DNA of 64,000 nt from a virus (IMGVR_UViG_3300017917_001798:1134-65133), one strand, 5' to 3'. Counted from the stretch's first letter, positions 20,733 through 31,050 are shown. Notes: generated from the sequence alone by a model not told the origin. Numbers and translations are program-made.

Positions 20733-22109
20733 ATGACAACTCTCTCAAAACTCAATCAATACGGTACAACATTTCAAATAAAAGTATTAGGTGCATTATT
20801 AACACAACGACAGTTCCTAATCAATATTATTGATTCTTTAGATGCAGAATATTTTGAATCATCTGCACATAAATGGGTTGTTGAATATATTCAAAAATAC
20901 TTCTCACAATACCATACTACACCAACAATAGAAACAATGTCTATTGAAGTGAAGAAAATTGAAAATGAAGTATTAAGAATATCAATAGTAGAAGCACTAA
21001 AGGAAGCATACAAAATGGCTGACCAAAGTGACTTAGAATGGGTTGAATCTGAATTTGCTTCGTTTTGTAGAAACCAACAAGTAAAATCAGCTATCCTTAA
21101 TTCAGTACAATTATTAGAAGTAAATGACTTTGATAGTATACTTCAACTTATAAGCAAAGCAGTAAAATCAGGTGAAGATAAAACAATAGGTTTAGATTAC
21201 AATTTAGACATTGAAGCCAGATATCGTGAAGATGATCGTAATGCAATTCCATTCCCTTGGCCAGTATTTAATGAAATGACACAAGGTGGCTATGGTAAAG
21301 GCGATTTGGTGTTAGTATTTGGTAATCCTGGAGGTGGTAAGTCATGGGCTGTAACGGCAATGGGTGCTTATGCAGCGGCTTTAGGATACAATGTAGTACA
21401 CTATTCATTAGAATTAGGAGAAGGGTACGTAGGAAAACGTTACGATTCAGTATTCTCTGGTATACCAGTAGATAAATTAAAAGATCACCGTAAAGAAGTG
21501 GATGAAATAGTTGGTAAGATAAAAGGTAAAGTTATTATTAAAGAATACCCACCTAAACGAGCATCGTTTGATGTTATTGAAGCACATCTACAACAACTAG
21601 AACATCAAAATGATTTTAAACCTGATTTAATTATTATTGACTATTTAGATTACATGCGTACACGCTCAAGAAAAGATCGTAAAGAAGAAATAGACGATGT
21701 GTACGTAGCTGCTAAAGCATTTGCTAAAGAAAGAGGTATACCATTGGTATCACCATCTCAAGCAAATAGAGGTGCGGCTAAGTCAGATATTATTGAAGGT
21801 GATAATGCAGCTGGTTCATATGAAAAAATTATGATTGGGGATATAATTATATCCTTAGCTCGTAAGCGTAAAGATAAAATTGAGGGTACTGGTAAATTTC
21901 ACTTTATGAAAAATAGATACGGAGCAGACGGAATAACGTTCCGAGCCAAAATAAATACATCAAACGGTTATATAGAAGTAGACGAAAACCCAATAGACGA
22001 TGATGACTTGGATACAGGCAGTAATACAAAACCAACAAATAACTTTTCAAACGTTGATGTAGAAGAAAGACAACTACTTCAAAAGAAATTTTTTAAACTT
22101 GAAAGTTAA
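20733..22109 (+). CDS. dnaB: Replicative DNA helicase (DnaB/gp41-like)
   Basis: GNPGGGKS, SLEL, IIIDYLD, SQANR, KNRYG. Confidence 0.93.
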   Translation: MTTLSKLNQYGTTFQIKVLGALLTQRQFLINIIDSLDAEYFESSAHKWVVEYIQKYFSQYHTTPTIETMSIEVKKIENEVLRISIVEALKEAYKMADQSDLEWVESEFASFCRNQQVKSAILNSVQLLEVNDFDSILQLISKAVKSGEDKTIGLDYNLDIEARYREDDRNAIPFPWPVFNEMTQGGYGKGDLVLVFGNPGGGKSWAVTAMGAYAAALGYNVVHYSLELGEGYVGKRYDSVFSGIPVDKLKDHRKEVDEIVGKIKGKVIIKEYPPKRASFDVIEAHLQQLEHQNDFKPDLIIIDYLDYMRTRSRKDRKEEIDDVYVAAKAFAKERGIPLVSPSQANRGAAKSDIIEGDNAAGSYEKIMIGDIIISLARKRKDKIEGTGKFHFMKNRYGADGITFRAKINTSNGYIEVDENPIDDDDLDTGSNTKPTNNFSNVDVEERQLLQKKFFKLES

Positions 22110-22150
22110 TTGAAGTATATACTATATTTATAGCCCCAAAATAAAAATTT

Positions 22151-22408
22151 ATGATAAAAGTAACACGATACACGGCGGCTTGGTGCCAACCGTGCAAGCA
22201 ATTGGCTCCTTTATTTGAGCAGTTAAAAACAGAATACCCCAATATTATGTTTGAAACAATAGATGTGGATATGAATAAAAACGCAGCTATTGAAAATGGT
22301 GTAACAAGTATACCAACAGTTATAATTGAAAAAGATGGAGTAAGTGTAAACAGATTTCAAGGAGTAAATCCAAAATCTACATACACAAATGTATTTAAAT
22401 CGCTTTAA
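22151..22408 (+). CDS. trxA: Thioredoxin
   Basis: WCQPCK active site, IDVD, SIPT. Confidence 0.93.
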   Translation: MIKVTRYTAAWCQPCKQLAPLFEQLKTEYPNIMFETIDVDMNKNAAIENGVTSIPTVIIEKDGVSVNRFQGVNPKSTYTNVFKSL

Positions 22409-22418
22409 ACAAATAAAA

Positions 22419-22970
22419 ATGAAGTATAGACGATTTGATTTAAATCGATGGATAGAGTTATCTTTTATAAATGATTGTAAGATATTACAAGAATCTAAGT
22501 CATTAGATAAATACTACGATAAAGCTAATACGGGTCTATATGAATTTCTAAACCCAGATCTGTCATACCCATATGAAGCATATGATGCTTCTGATGAACA
22601 AAAGATGTGGAAAATAGAAAAACAAAATAATGATCCTACAATGGTAGTGACTTTGAAAAAAATGGGTTTAGAAAATAAGTATTGGATATTGGACTTCTAC
22701 TTTCCTGAAACTGAAAAAGGATACGCTAAAGGACAAACATTAAGAGGGGAACATTATCTTGATACAGTATCTAAAATAGTTAGAGATGAAGTATTACCAT
22801 ATTTTGAACAATCAGAATTAGATATATTATTTTTCAAAGCATACACTAATGACGGAGCCGGAAAAATGAGAAAAAGTCTATTTCAACGTTTGATTAATAA
22901 ATTTGTTCCTAAAGACAAATTTGATATTAAAGTAGAAAATTTAACATTTATAATAACTAAAAAACAATAA
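22419..22970 (+). CDS. Hypothetical protein (accessory insertion)
   Basis: ORF between trx and nrdJ; ATG 22419 preferred. Confidence 0.7.
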   Translation: MKYRRFDLNRWIELSFINDCKILQESKSLDKYYDKANTGLYEFLNPDLSYPYEAYDASDEQKMWKIEKQNNDPTMVVTLKKMGLENKYWILDFYFPETEKGYAKGQTLRGEHYLDTVSKIVRDEVLPYFEQSELDILFFKAYTNDGAGKMRKSLFQRLINKFVPKDKFDIKVENLTFIITKKQ

Positions 22971-22973
22971 GAA

Positions 22974-24824
22974 ATGGATGTAACACAAGAAATCCTCAGT
23001 GAGATAACAACTTACATGAAGTATAGTAAGTACGTACCTGAGAAGAAGAGAAGAGAAACATGGCACGAATTAGTTACGAGAAACAAAGAAATGCATCAAA
23101 CTAAATTCCCGCAATTAAAAGATGAAATTGAAGAGGCTTATAAACTGGTATACGATAAGAAAGTATTACCGTCTATGCGTTCGCTACAGTTCGCAGGTAA
23201 ACCCATTGAGCTTAATAATGCTCGTATATTTAACTGTTCTTTTTTGCCTATTGATGACTGGCGTTCTTTTAGCGAAATAATGTTCTTATTATTAAGCGGA
23301 TGTGGAGTAGGATATAGTGTACAAACACACCATATTGAACAGTTACCTGAAATTAAGATACCAACTAAACACAAAAGATACTTAATAGGCGACAGTATTG
23401 AAGGATGGGCAGACGCCGTTAGAATGCTTTGTAAAGCGTATTTTACAGGTGCTCCTTTGCCTTTATTTGATTTTAGAGACATTAGAGCTAAAGGCGCTCA
23501 ATTGATTACTGTAGGTGGTAAAGCACCTGGTCCTGAACCATTAAAAGAATGTTTATTTAACTTACAAAAGATATTTGAACGTAAACAAAATGGTGAAAAA
23601 CTAACATCAGTGGAAGCCCACGATATGGCTTGTCATATTGCTGATGCTGTATTAAGTGGTGGTATTAGACGTGCAGCATTAATTTCATTATTCAATTTAG
23701 ATGATGAAGCGATGTTAACGTGTAAATTTGGTAATTGGTGGGAAGAAAATCCACAACGTGGTAGAGCAAACAACAGTGCTGTTGTAATGCGTCATAAAAT
23801 TGATGAAGAAGAATTCTTCAAATTATGGAAGAAAATTGAATTAAGTGGATCTGGTGAACCAGGTATTTACTTTAGCAACGATAAAGATTGGGGTACTAAC
23901 CCATGTTGTGAAATTGCTTTACGTTCTTATCAGTTCTGTAACTTATGTGAAGTGAACGTTTCAAACGTTGAATCACAAGAAGATCTAAATGAAAGAGTAC
24001 GTGTTGGTGCCTTTATCGGTACATTACAAGCAGCATACACTGATTTCCATTACTTAAGAGATGTATGGCGCAAAACAACTGAAAAAGACGCTTTATTAGG
24101 TGTCGGCATGACAGGTATTGGATCCGGCGCTATATTAAATTATGATTTAAAGAAAGCAGCGGATTTAGCTAAAGAAGAAAACGCTCGTGTTGCTGAAATA
24201 CTTGGTATTAATAAAGCAGCCCGTGTAACTACAGTTAAACCATCGGGTACTTCATCATTAGTATTAGGTACATCTAGTGGTATTCATGCTTGGCACAATG
24301 ATTTCTATATTAGACGTATTCGTGTAGGTAAAAACGAAGCAATATACACCCACCTTGCAATACATCACCCTGAATTAGTTGAAGATGATTTCTTCAAACC
24401 AACAATACAAGCAGTAATTTCTGTTCCACAGAAAGCACCAGTTGGTTCTATTTTAAGAACAGAAAACGTAATGGATATGCTTGAGCGTGTTAAGAAATTC
24501 AACATGCAGTGGGTTAGAAAGGGACACCGCAAAGGAGCCAATACGAACAATGTATCAGCTACAGTATCAATTCAGGAAGGTGAATGGGAAGCAGTAGGAA
24601 AATGGATGTGGAGCAACAAGGATACATTTAATGGTCTATCAGTATTACCTTACTTTGGAGGTACATATAAACAAGCACCGTTTGAGGACATTACTGAAGA
24701 GCAATTTAATGAAATGGAGAAACATTTACATAATATTGATTTATCTCAAATTATAGAGTTTACTGATGATACAGCATTAATGGATCAAGCCGCTTGTGCT
24801 GGTGGTGCCTGTGAAATAGTATAA
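22974..24824 (+). CDS. nrdJ: Class II (B12-dependent) ribonucleotide reductase
   Basis: RRETW, PSMR, NC, GGIRRAA, TNPCCEI, CNL, KPSGT, C-terminal CAGGACE; no beta subunit nearby. Confidence 0.92.
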   Translation: MDVTQEILSEITTYMKYSKYVPEKKRRETWHELVTRNKEMHQTKFPQLKDEIEEAYKLVYDKKVLPSMRSLQFAGKPIELNNARIFNCSFLPIDDWRSFSEIMFLLLSGCGVGYSVQTHHIEQLPEIKIPTKHKRYLIGDSIEGWADAVRMLCKAYFTGAPLPLFDFRDIRAKGAQLITVGGKAPGPEPLKECLFNLQKIFERKQNGEKLTSVEAHDMACHIADAVLSGGIRRAALISLFNLDDEAMLTCKFGNWWEENPQRGRANNSAVVMRHKIDEEEFFKLWKKIELSGSGEPGIYFSNDKDWGTNPCCEIALRSYQFCNLCEVNVSNVESQEDLNERVRVGAFIGTLQAAYTDFHYLRDVWRKTTEKDALLGVGMTGIGSGAILNYDLKKAADLAKEENARVAEILGINKAARVTTVKPSGTSSLVLGTSSGIHAWHNDFYIRRIRVGKNEAIYTHLAIHHPELVEDDFFKPTIQAVISVPQKAPVGSILRTENVMDMLERVKKFNMQWVRKGHRKGANTNNVSATVSIQEGEWEAVGKWMWSNKDTFNGLSVLPYFGGTYKQAPFEDITEEQFNEMEKHLHNIDLSQIIEFTDDTALMDQAACAGGACEIV

Positions 24825-24890
24825 AATGACACACGATAATTTAGTTCAAAACATAATAAATGGGTTTTATTACATTGTAAAAAATAATAG

Positions 24891-25234
<344 letters not shown>

Positions 25235-25248
<14 letters not shown>

Positions 25249-25447
25249 CATTGAAGCTTTACTTACCGTTATCGGAGTAGTAACATTAGTCGTATTGTTG
25301 TTTGGGTATCCATTAATGTGGTTATGGAATTGGTTAATGCCTAGCCTATTTAATCTACCTATTATTACGTTTTGGCAAGCTGTAGGATTAAATGCTTTGT
25401 CTAGCATATTGTTCAAATCATCAACAACTTCAGTAAAAAAAGACTAA
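25235..25447 (+). CDS. Small membrane protein
   Basis: Hydrophobic, LWNWLMP.LF.LP.ITFWQA.G. Confidence 0.75.
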
Positions 25448-25448
25448 T

Positions 25449-26009
25449 ATGAAAAAACAGTATATCACACGTAAAGGATCATTTGATTCTGGTCATAGAG
25501 TTATGAATGAGCGAATGAAGTGCTTTAACATTCACGGTCATACTTACTTATATGAACTGAATTTTGAATTTAATGAAATGGAGGAAATCGGTTATGCAAT
25601 TGACTTTAAAGAAATCAAGCGCGTAGGATGTCAATGGATTGATGATATTCTAGACCATGGTATGATTTTAAATCCACAAGATACAGCATTAATTGAAACT
25701 ACTAAATCATATGGTAGTAAATTATGGTTAATGTCTCTAAATGGAAAAGATCAATATTGTAACCCCTCAGTAGAAAATATTGCTAAAGAAGTATTCTTAG
25801 CTATGATGGTTTTATTTCCACCAACAGCTTATCCTAATCTTAGAATACACAATGTTACTATTTATGAAACACCAAATTGCTCCACTATATGCTCTAGAGA
25901 ATCTATCTCAGACGCTGAAGCAGCAGCTTGGATGACTAATAGATATACTGAAGTAAATAAATATGCCCAAGATAAAGGTGTATTTGAATACGATGATAGA
26001 AAAATTTAA
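25449..26009 (+). CDS. queD: 6-carboxytetrahydropterin synthase
   Basis: FDSGHR, C..IHGHTY, IDF, LDH, NPSVENIA, YETP. Confidence 0.93.
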   Translation: MKKQYITRKGSFDSGHRVMNERMKCFNIHGHTYLYELNFEFNEMEEIGYAIDFKEIKRVGCQWIDDILDHGMILNPQDTALIETTKSYGSKLWLMSLNGKDQYCNPSVENIAKEVFLAMMVLFPPTAYPNLRIHNVTIYETPNCSTICSRESISDAEAAAWMTNRYTEVNKYAQDKGVFEYDDRKI

Positions 26010-26017
26010 ATTAACAT

Positions 26018-26803
26018 ATGATAGTTTCGCACGAGTTACCTTTATCGTTAATGCATTATGGATATGAGTTTAACGATTATGATTATTGTTTACCCCATCT
26101 ACTTGATAAGTATGATCAATACAGAATATACTTTCAAAAGGCACGTTTAAATAAACGTTTCATTATAATGGATAATGGGTTATTTGAAGGTGTAACACAC
26201 ACAACGGAAGATTTATTAGATAAAATTAATCTAATACGTCCCAATGTATTTATTGTTCCTGACGCTTGGGATGATGCTACAACAACATTAGTAAATGCTA
26301 AAAGTTGGATGATAAACTACAAACAAACACTACCAGAAGAAACAAATCTTATGGCTGTATGTCAGGGAGAATCATTAGGTGAATTAATAACGACGTACCA
26401 AACGTTAGTTGATTTAGGTTATGATCATATTGCCTTTAATCATTCTAGTTGTGCTTACATGGAAATGTATCCCGGCTTAGACCCATTAAAACGCCAAATG
26501 TATGGAAGAATGGAGTTTATACGTAAATTAGTACAAACAGACACTATTAGAAAAGATGTATACCATCATCTATTGGGATGTTCATTGCCTCAGGAGTTTA
26601 TGTCGTATAGTGATTTTCCATTTATTGAATCTGTAGATACATCTAATCCAATTCTAGTTGGAGCCGAAGGACACCGTTATACTGATAGTGGAATAAATTG
26701 GAAGCCAAAGGAAAAGCTTGAGCATTATTTTGAAAAAGATTTGAGCGGGCAGATAGAAGATATTATCTTTAATGTAAACAAATTTAAACAATATATAAAA
26801 TAG
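26018..26803 (+). CDS. TGT-fold (DpdA-like) 7-deazaguanine transglycosylase candidate
   Basis: MDNGLFE, VPD, V.QG, HLLG, SVDTS motifs echo the TGT barrel; located between queD and queC. Confidence 0.6.
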   Translation: MIVSHELPLSLMHYGYEFNDYDYCLPHLLDKYDQYRIYFQKARLNKRFIIMDNGLFEGVTHTTEDLLDKINLIRPNVFIVPDAWDDATTTLVNAKSWMINYKQTLPEETNLMAVCQGESLGELITTYQTLVDLGYDHIAFNHSSCAYMEMYPGLDPLKRQMYGRMEFIRKLVQTDTIRKDVYHHLLGCSLPQEFMSYSDFPFIESVDTSNPILVGAEGHRYTDSGINWKPKEKLEHYFEKDLSGQIEDIIFNVNKFKQYIK

Positions 26804-26808
26804 AAGTT

Positions 26809-27066
26809 ATGATTTCATTGTACGATTATTTAGGAAAAGCAGCCGGTAATGATTTAGGTAAACAAGTATCGGATTACGCTAAAATTAGAAAAGCTAAGTT
26901 TGGAACTAGAAAGGTATCTAACCCAAAATATAGTGGGATAGTCCACATATATGAAAGTGCATTCTTAGATGAATTCTTCGCTGTGCAAAAGGTATTTAGT
27001 TCTCCTGATTATACTGAAGTAAATACTGTTTTAGAGCAAGATAGTTTAAAAGAAACCCGGTTATAA
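26809..27066 (+). CDS. Hypothetical protein
   Basis: SLYDYLG.AAG..LG..V...Y.G.V..Y..FL motif. Confidence 0.75.
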   Translation: MISLYDYLGKAAGNDLGKQVSDYAKIRKAKFGTRKVSNPKYSGIVHIYESAFLDEFFAVQKVFSSPDYTEVNTVLEQDSLKETRL

Positions 27067-27117
27067 AGCTAATCGGTATACAAAATAATACGCTTTATAA
27101 ATTTAATTGTTTTAAAA

Positions 27118-27996
27118 ATGAAAAAACAAGCAGTACTAAGTCTATCTGGTGGGATGGATTCTAGTTCATTACTACTCCACCTATTAGCTAATGGTTATGA
27201 AGTAACAGCTCTATCATTTGATTACGGTCAAAAACATAGAGTAGAATTAGAACGTGCTACTGAATTAGTTAAATACATTAACGACAATCCTATGAGAGTA
27301 ACTCATACCGATCATGTTGTTGGTGGTTTTGATGAAGCATATTCTATAATAACACATCAAATCATTAAATTAGATGGTTTATCTCAATTGCTTAACTCAG
27401 CATTAGTAACAGGTGGAAACGATGTCCCTGAAGGTCACTACGAGCAGGACAACATGAAAGAAACAGTAGTACCTAACCGTAATAAGATATTCAGTTCAAT
27501 CATACAAGCAGTAGCATTGTCACTTGCTACTAAAGGTGAAAAACAAGAATGCGCTATTGCAATGGGAATCCATGCTGGTGATCATCAGATTTATCCAGAT
27601 TGCCGTCAAGAATTTAGAGATGCAGATATGGAAGCCTTTAAAATTGGTAACTGGGATTCTGAATTAGTAACAGTATACACTCCGTATCTTGAAGGTAATA
27701 AATTTACTATATTGCAAGATGGATTAGAATGTTGTGAAAAATTAGGGTTAGATTTTGATGAAGTGTATAAGCGTACTAACACAAGTTATAAGCCTATTAA
27801 ACATTACTATCGCCCAGAAACTAATGCTTTCAGATGGTATTCCGACTATAAATCAGCAGCATCAGTAGAGCGTATTGAAGCATTTATTAAATTAGAACGC
27901 CCTGATCCTGTAGCTTATGCTAACGAAACAGGACCAGTAACATGGGAAACAGCTAAAGCACACGTAGAACAAGTATTAGCTGAATACAACAAGTAA
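27118..27996 (+). CDS. queC: 7-cyano-7-deazaguanine synthase
   Basis: SGGMDS, FDYGQKH..E, VPNRN, YPDCR.EF. Confidence 0.95.
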   Translation: MKKQAVLSLSGGMDSSSLLLHLLANGYEVTALSFDYGQKHRVELERATELVKYINDNPMRVTHTDHVVGGFDEAYSIITHQIIKLDGLSQLLNSALVTGGNDVPEGHYEQDNMKETVVPNRNKIFSSIIQAVALSLATKGEKQECAIAMGIHAGDHQIYPDCRQEFRDADMEAFKIGNWDSELVTVYTPYLEGNKFTILQDGLECCEKLGLDFDEVYKRTNTSYKPIKHYYRPETNAFRWYSDYKSAASVERIEAFIKLERPDPVAYANETGPVTWETAKAHVEQVLAEYNK

Positions 27997-28015
27997 TTAA
28001 AACCCAAATATAGTT

Positions 28016-28231
28016 ATGTCAAACAGACTAAACAAAACAGCAAAATTAGCATTTTACACAGCACGTAGTCGTAAAGGCGATACAGCTCGTTTAGCAGAAA
28101 ACACAGGTTACACAACTCGTTTTGTGAACTATGTAAAATCTGGTGAAAGAAGTGTTAATGACACTTTAGCAAACGCCATGTATAACTTAACTCGTAGACG
28201 TGTTAAGAACAGTGAACTGTCAAATGCCTAA
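28016..28231 (+). CDS. Small basic, HTH-like putative DNA-binding protein
   Basis: GD..RLAE.TGYT..FV.YV..GER; Arg/Lys-rich. Confidence 0.6.
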   Translation: MSNRLNKTAKLAFYTARSRKGDTARLAENTGYTTRFVNYVKSGERSVNDTLANAMYNLTRRRVKNSELSNA

Positions 28232-28242
28232 TTAAACACCCC

Positions 28243-28275
28243 AAGATCTCCTATCTACGGATGGGAGATCTTTTC
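28243..28275 (+). terminator. Intrinsic terminator
   Basis: AAGATCTCCTATC-TACG-GATGGGAGATCTT followed by Ts. Confidence 0.85.
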
Positions 28276-28288
28276 TAAATTTTAAGTT

Positions 28289-28423
28289 ATGAATGAATTA
28301 CTACATACAATAGAACATATTTTAGGATTTTGTGGGGAAAGACATATTAGTCTTATAACAGCAATAACTGAATGGCCAAATTTAGGTTATATATTCAACT
28401 ATATTAAATCATTATTCAAATAA
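28289..28423 (+). CDS. Small hypothetical protein (44 aa)
   Basis: MNELLHTIEHILGFCGERH...LFK*; fills intergenic gap. Confidence 0.55.
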   Translation: MNELLHTIEHILGFCGERHISLITAITEWPNLGYIFNYIKSLFK

Positions 28424-28427
28424 AAAC

Positions 28428-28631
28428 ATGGAGGAAACTATGAAGTGTATCAAAAACAAAAAAACAGGTAATATTATTCGAGTAGACAATGAACAAGCGA
28501 ACCAAATGGTTGGGTCATCTTGGGAATATGTATCTAAATCTGAGTGGAAATCATCAGTACGACCTAAAGTTGTAGAAGAGCAAACAACTGAACCTGCTGT
28601 AGATAATGCAGTTAAAAAACATAAAAAGTAA
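28428..28631 (+). CDS. Hypothetical protein
   Basis: MKCIK...IIRV...A...V...WEYVSKSEWK. Confidence 0.7.
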   Translation: MEETMKCIKNKKTGNIIRVDNEQANQMVGSSWEYVSKSEWKSSVRPKVVEEQTTEPAVDNAVKKHKK

Positions 28632-28634
28632 AGT

Positions 28635-28700
28635 ATGAGTAAAATAGACCCAAATAAACTACTTATATCCAGTGACTTCTACTCTGTTCAAGGTAAATAA
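28635..28700 (+). pseudogene. queE: Orphan 5' fragment of queE (21 codons)
   Basis: Encodes MSKIDPNKLLISSDFYSVQGK*, versus MSKIDPNKLLISSDFFSVQGE at 30214. Confidence 0.9.
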
Positions 28701-28707
28701 CATAATA

Positions 28708-28782
28708 AACCGAGTGGTGTAAAAGTAGCACAGCATCCGACAGGGATGGAGGTCGACAACGATTCAAGTTCAGCCTCGGTTT
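28708..28782 (+). ncRNA. Degenerate tRNA-like element
   Basis: Acceptor-like stem AACCGAG/CTCGGTT, TG, D-arm GTGT/GCAC, stem CATCC/GGATG; non-canonical anticodon loop and T-arm. Confidence 0.45.
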
Positions 28783-28797
28783 CAAAACAAACAACAT

Positions 28798-29073
28798 ATG
28801 TTCGATAAAAAATACGACTTAAACGGACCTGAATTTATTAAACCTGATAAAAGCTGGGAAGGTATTATTAAATTAGGTGAAATAGATGGTGTTAATGTAT
28901 TTTACGACCAATACCACCCAGACCAGACTCTTACAGTTGAATTAAATAAAGATAAGACGGAGATGATTTATATAATTGGACCCTACGATGATATTTCAAT
29001 ATATGAAGGTATTAGAAAAAACATCATTGTGTCTGAGAAATCAACTAATATGATTAAAAAAGTAAGTATATGA
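28798..29073 (+). CDS. Hypothetical protein
   Basis: 91-aa ORF in ORF track. Confidence 0.65.
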   Translation: MFDKKYDLNGPEFIKPDKSWEGIIKLGEIDGVNVFYDQYHPDQTLTVELNKDKTEMIYIIGPYDDISIYEGIRKNIIVSEKSTNMIKKVSI

Positions 29074-29297
29074 CATACGGAGAAGCAATACAAAAATCAT
29101 TAACTGTAAAATGGAAAGTTGATACTTGTGACCAAGGTGAAGAATGTTGGTGTAGGGTAATTAGATGTGAAGAGCCTTTAATGTATAAAGAAAGAGAAGA
29201 CTCTGATGAAGAAGAATATTGGCCTGTTAGAGCAGGAGAAGTAGGTAAAGATACAGTTGAACATATTGTTAAAATACATAACAATACGGTCCAATAA
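29070..29297 (+). CDS. Hypothetical protein (C..G..CWC)
   Basis: 75-aa ORF coupled to previous one. Confidence 0.7.
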   Translation: MTYGEAIQKSLTVKWKVDTCDQGEECWCRVIRCEEPLMYKEREDSDEEEYWPVRAGEVGKDTVEHIVKIHNNTVQ

Positions 29298-29356
29298 GGA
29301 GTAACTTCTGTTGAATTAATCGAATAGAAATCACAATCTGTCAATATTTATTATAA

Positions 29357-30226
29357 ATGACAGATATGAATAACATACATTATGTTTATAAGATTACTAA
29401 TCTAAAAAACAGTAAAATTTACATAGGAGTAAGAACACATCCTAATCCTGAACAAGATACCTACATGAGCAGTAGCAACATTATAGCAAAGTTAATTGAG
29501 ATTGAAGGTGTCAAAAACTTTAAAAAAGAAGTACTACACGTCTATTCTACGCGACAAGAGGCTGAGCAAAAAGAAAAAGAGTATCTAACTGAAGAGTTCT
29601 GTAATGATCCTAATACATATAATATAAATAGTAACTCAAGTTTACAGGGTGATGTTCATGGATTTAGAAAAGATTTATGGTACGACTATTATGACACTAT
29701 TAGAGAAAGGTATCAAAATGGGGAACCGGCTAAAGAGTTGGGCAAGTACTATAGATGTGACACAGGTACTATTAGGAAGATAGTAGAGGATATAAAGCGA
29801 ACTAGATCTGAGACACAGAAATTAAGATATGAAAAATATACCACATCAGGTGCTCGTGATTTTGAATTTGATGAAAAGTATTTAAGTGAAGTACTCAAGC
29901 TCTACTGTGAAGATAAATGGAGTGTAAATAGAATAGCTAAGTACTTTAACAAAAGTACAGCATTTATACACACAAGACTAAATGAAAATAAAATATCAAT
30001 TAGACCTCGTAAAGAAAACAATGAAAAGGCCATTAGAAAACTTAGACCAGAAGTTTGGAAAGACGAGGCTAAAATAGTATCTTTATATCAACAAGGTTAT
30101 ACAATATCCGATCTAATTAAGAAGTATAAATGTAACGGAGGATTGATTAGGCAGGTACTAGTAAAACACAATATTAAAATACGTAATAAAACAGAAAATA
30201 AACTTTTAAAATTATGTCAAAAATAG
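29357..30226 (+). CDS. GIY-YIG (Seg-like) homing endonuclease with HTH repeats
   Basis: YVYKITN..N.KIYIG, Y.SS, F.KE.L, YN; C-terminal repeated helix-turn-helix units; overlaps queE start. Confidence 0.9.
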   Translation: MTDMNNIHYVYKITNLKNSKIYIGVRTHPNPEQDTYMSSSNIIAKLIEIEGVKNFKKEVLHVYSTRQEAEQKEKEYLTEEFCNDPNTYNINSNSSLQGDVHGFRKDLWYDYYDTIRERYQNGEPAKELGKYYRCDTGTIRKIVEDIKRTRSETQKLRYEKYTTSGARDFEFDEKYLSEVLKLYCEDKWSVNRIAKYFNKSTAFIHTRLNENKISIRPRKENNEKAIRKLRPEVWKDEAKIVSLYQQGYTISDLIKKYKCNGGLIRQVLVKHNIKIRNKTENKLLKLCQK

Positions 30227-31050
30227 ATCCGAACAAGTTACTCATAAGCTCAGATTTTTTTAGCGTGCAGGGAGAAGGAATTTCATCAGGAGTGCCCTCT
30301 TACTTTGTTCGCCTTGGTATCTGTAATCTCACCTGCGGTATGTCTCGCAAGTTTGCTAATCAACTAGCTAAAGAACAAAAATTAGAAGACGGAGAAATAT
30401 TTGTAGGTGATCTTCATGCTGAAGGTAAAGCAACCTGGACTTGTGATTCTACTTCACAGTGGTTATGGAGAGGTGAAGATAAAGAATTTCAATATCTGAT
30501 TGATAGGTGGAAAGAACAAGGTATCTACGATGATATCTTAAATGGTGTTATTCACATTATTTGGACTGGTGGTGAACCAACAATTAAAGGTCATCAAGAA
30601 GCTATTGTTAATTTCACTAATTATTGGTTGTCAAGACATTTAGATGAAACTGTTAATCCGTATTATGAAATTGAAACAAATGGTACAGTAGTGATTGATC
30701 AACCACTATTTAAAATGATTGACCAAATAAACTGCTCACCCAAGCTGTCTAATTCAGGTATGACTGAGAAACAACGTATTAATCCAGAAGCTATTAAGCG
30801 TATTATGGAACATAAAAATTATCAATTTAAATTCGTTATATCAAATGAAGAAGATGTACAGGAATTATTTCGCGATTTTGTCGTACCATTTAGCATACCT
30901 CTTAAAAATGTAGTTTGTATGCCTGGTTTAGATGATGCTGATGATTTTGAAGAGCGTACTAGATTCTGTCTTGAAATGGCTAAGAAATATCGCTTCCGCG
31001 GTCTTACACGTTTGCATATTGCAGCGTGGAATAAAACATTAAACGTATAA
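30214..31050 (+). CDS. queE: 7-carboxy-7-deazaguanine synthase (radical SAM)
   Basis: F.SVQGEG...G.P..FVRL..CNL.C...CD, TGGEP, IETNG, SPKL, RLH. Confidence 0.95.
   Translation: MSKIDPNKLLISSDFFSVQGEGISSGVPSYFVRLGICNLTCGMSRKFANQLAKEQKLEDGEIFVGDLHAEGKATWTCDSTSQWLWRGEDKEFQYLIDRWKEQGIYDDILNGVIHIIWTGGEPTIKGHQEAIVNFTNYWLSRHLDETVNPYYEIETNGTVVIDQPLFKMIDQINCSPKLSNSGMTEKQRINPEAIKRIMEHKNYQFKFVISNEEDVQELFRDFVVPFSIPLKNVVCMPGLDDADDFEERTRFCLEMAKKYRFRGLTRLHIAAWNKTLNV

Noticed and set aside
28700-30213. Group I intron splitting queE
   Set aside because: The downstream queE is complete with its own start, so no splicing is needed; no intron core motifs recognised
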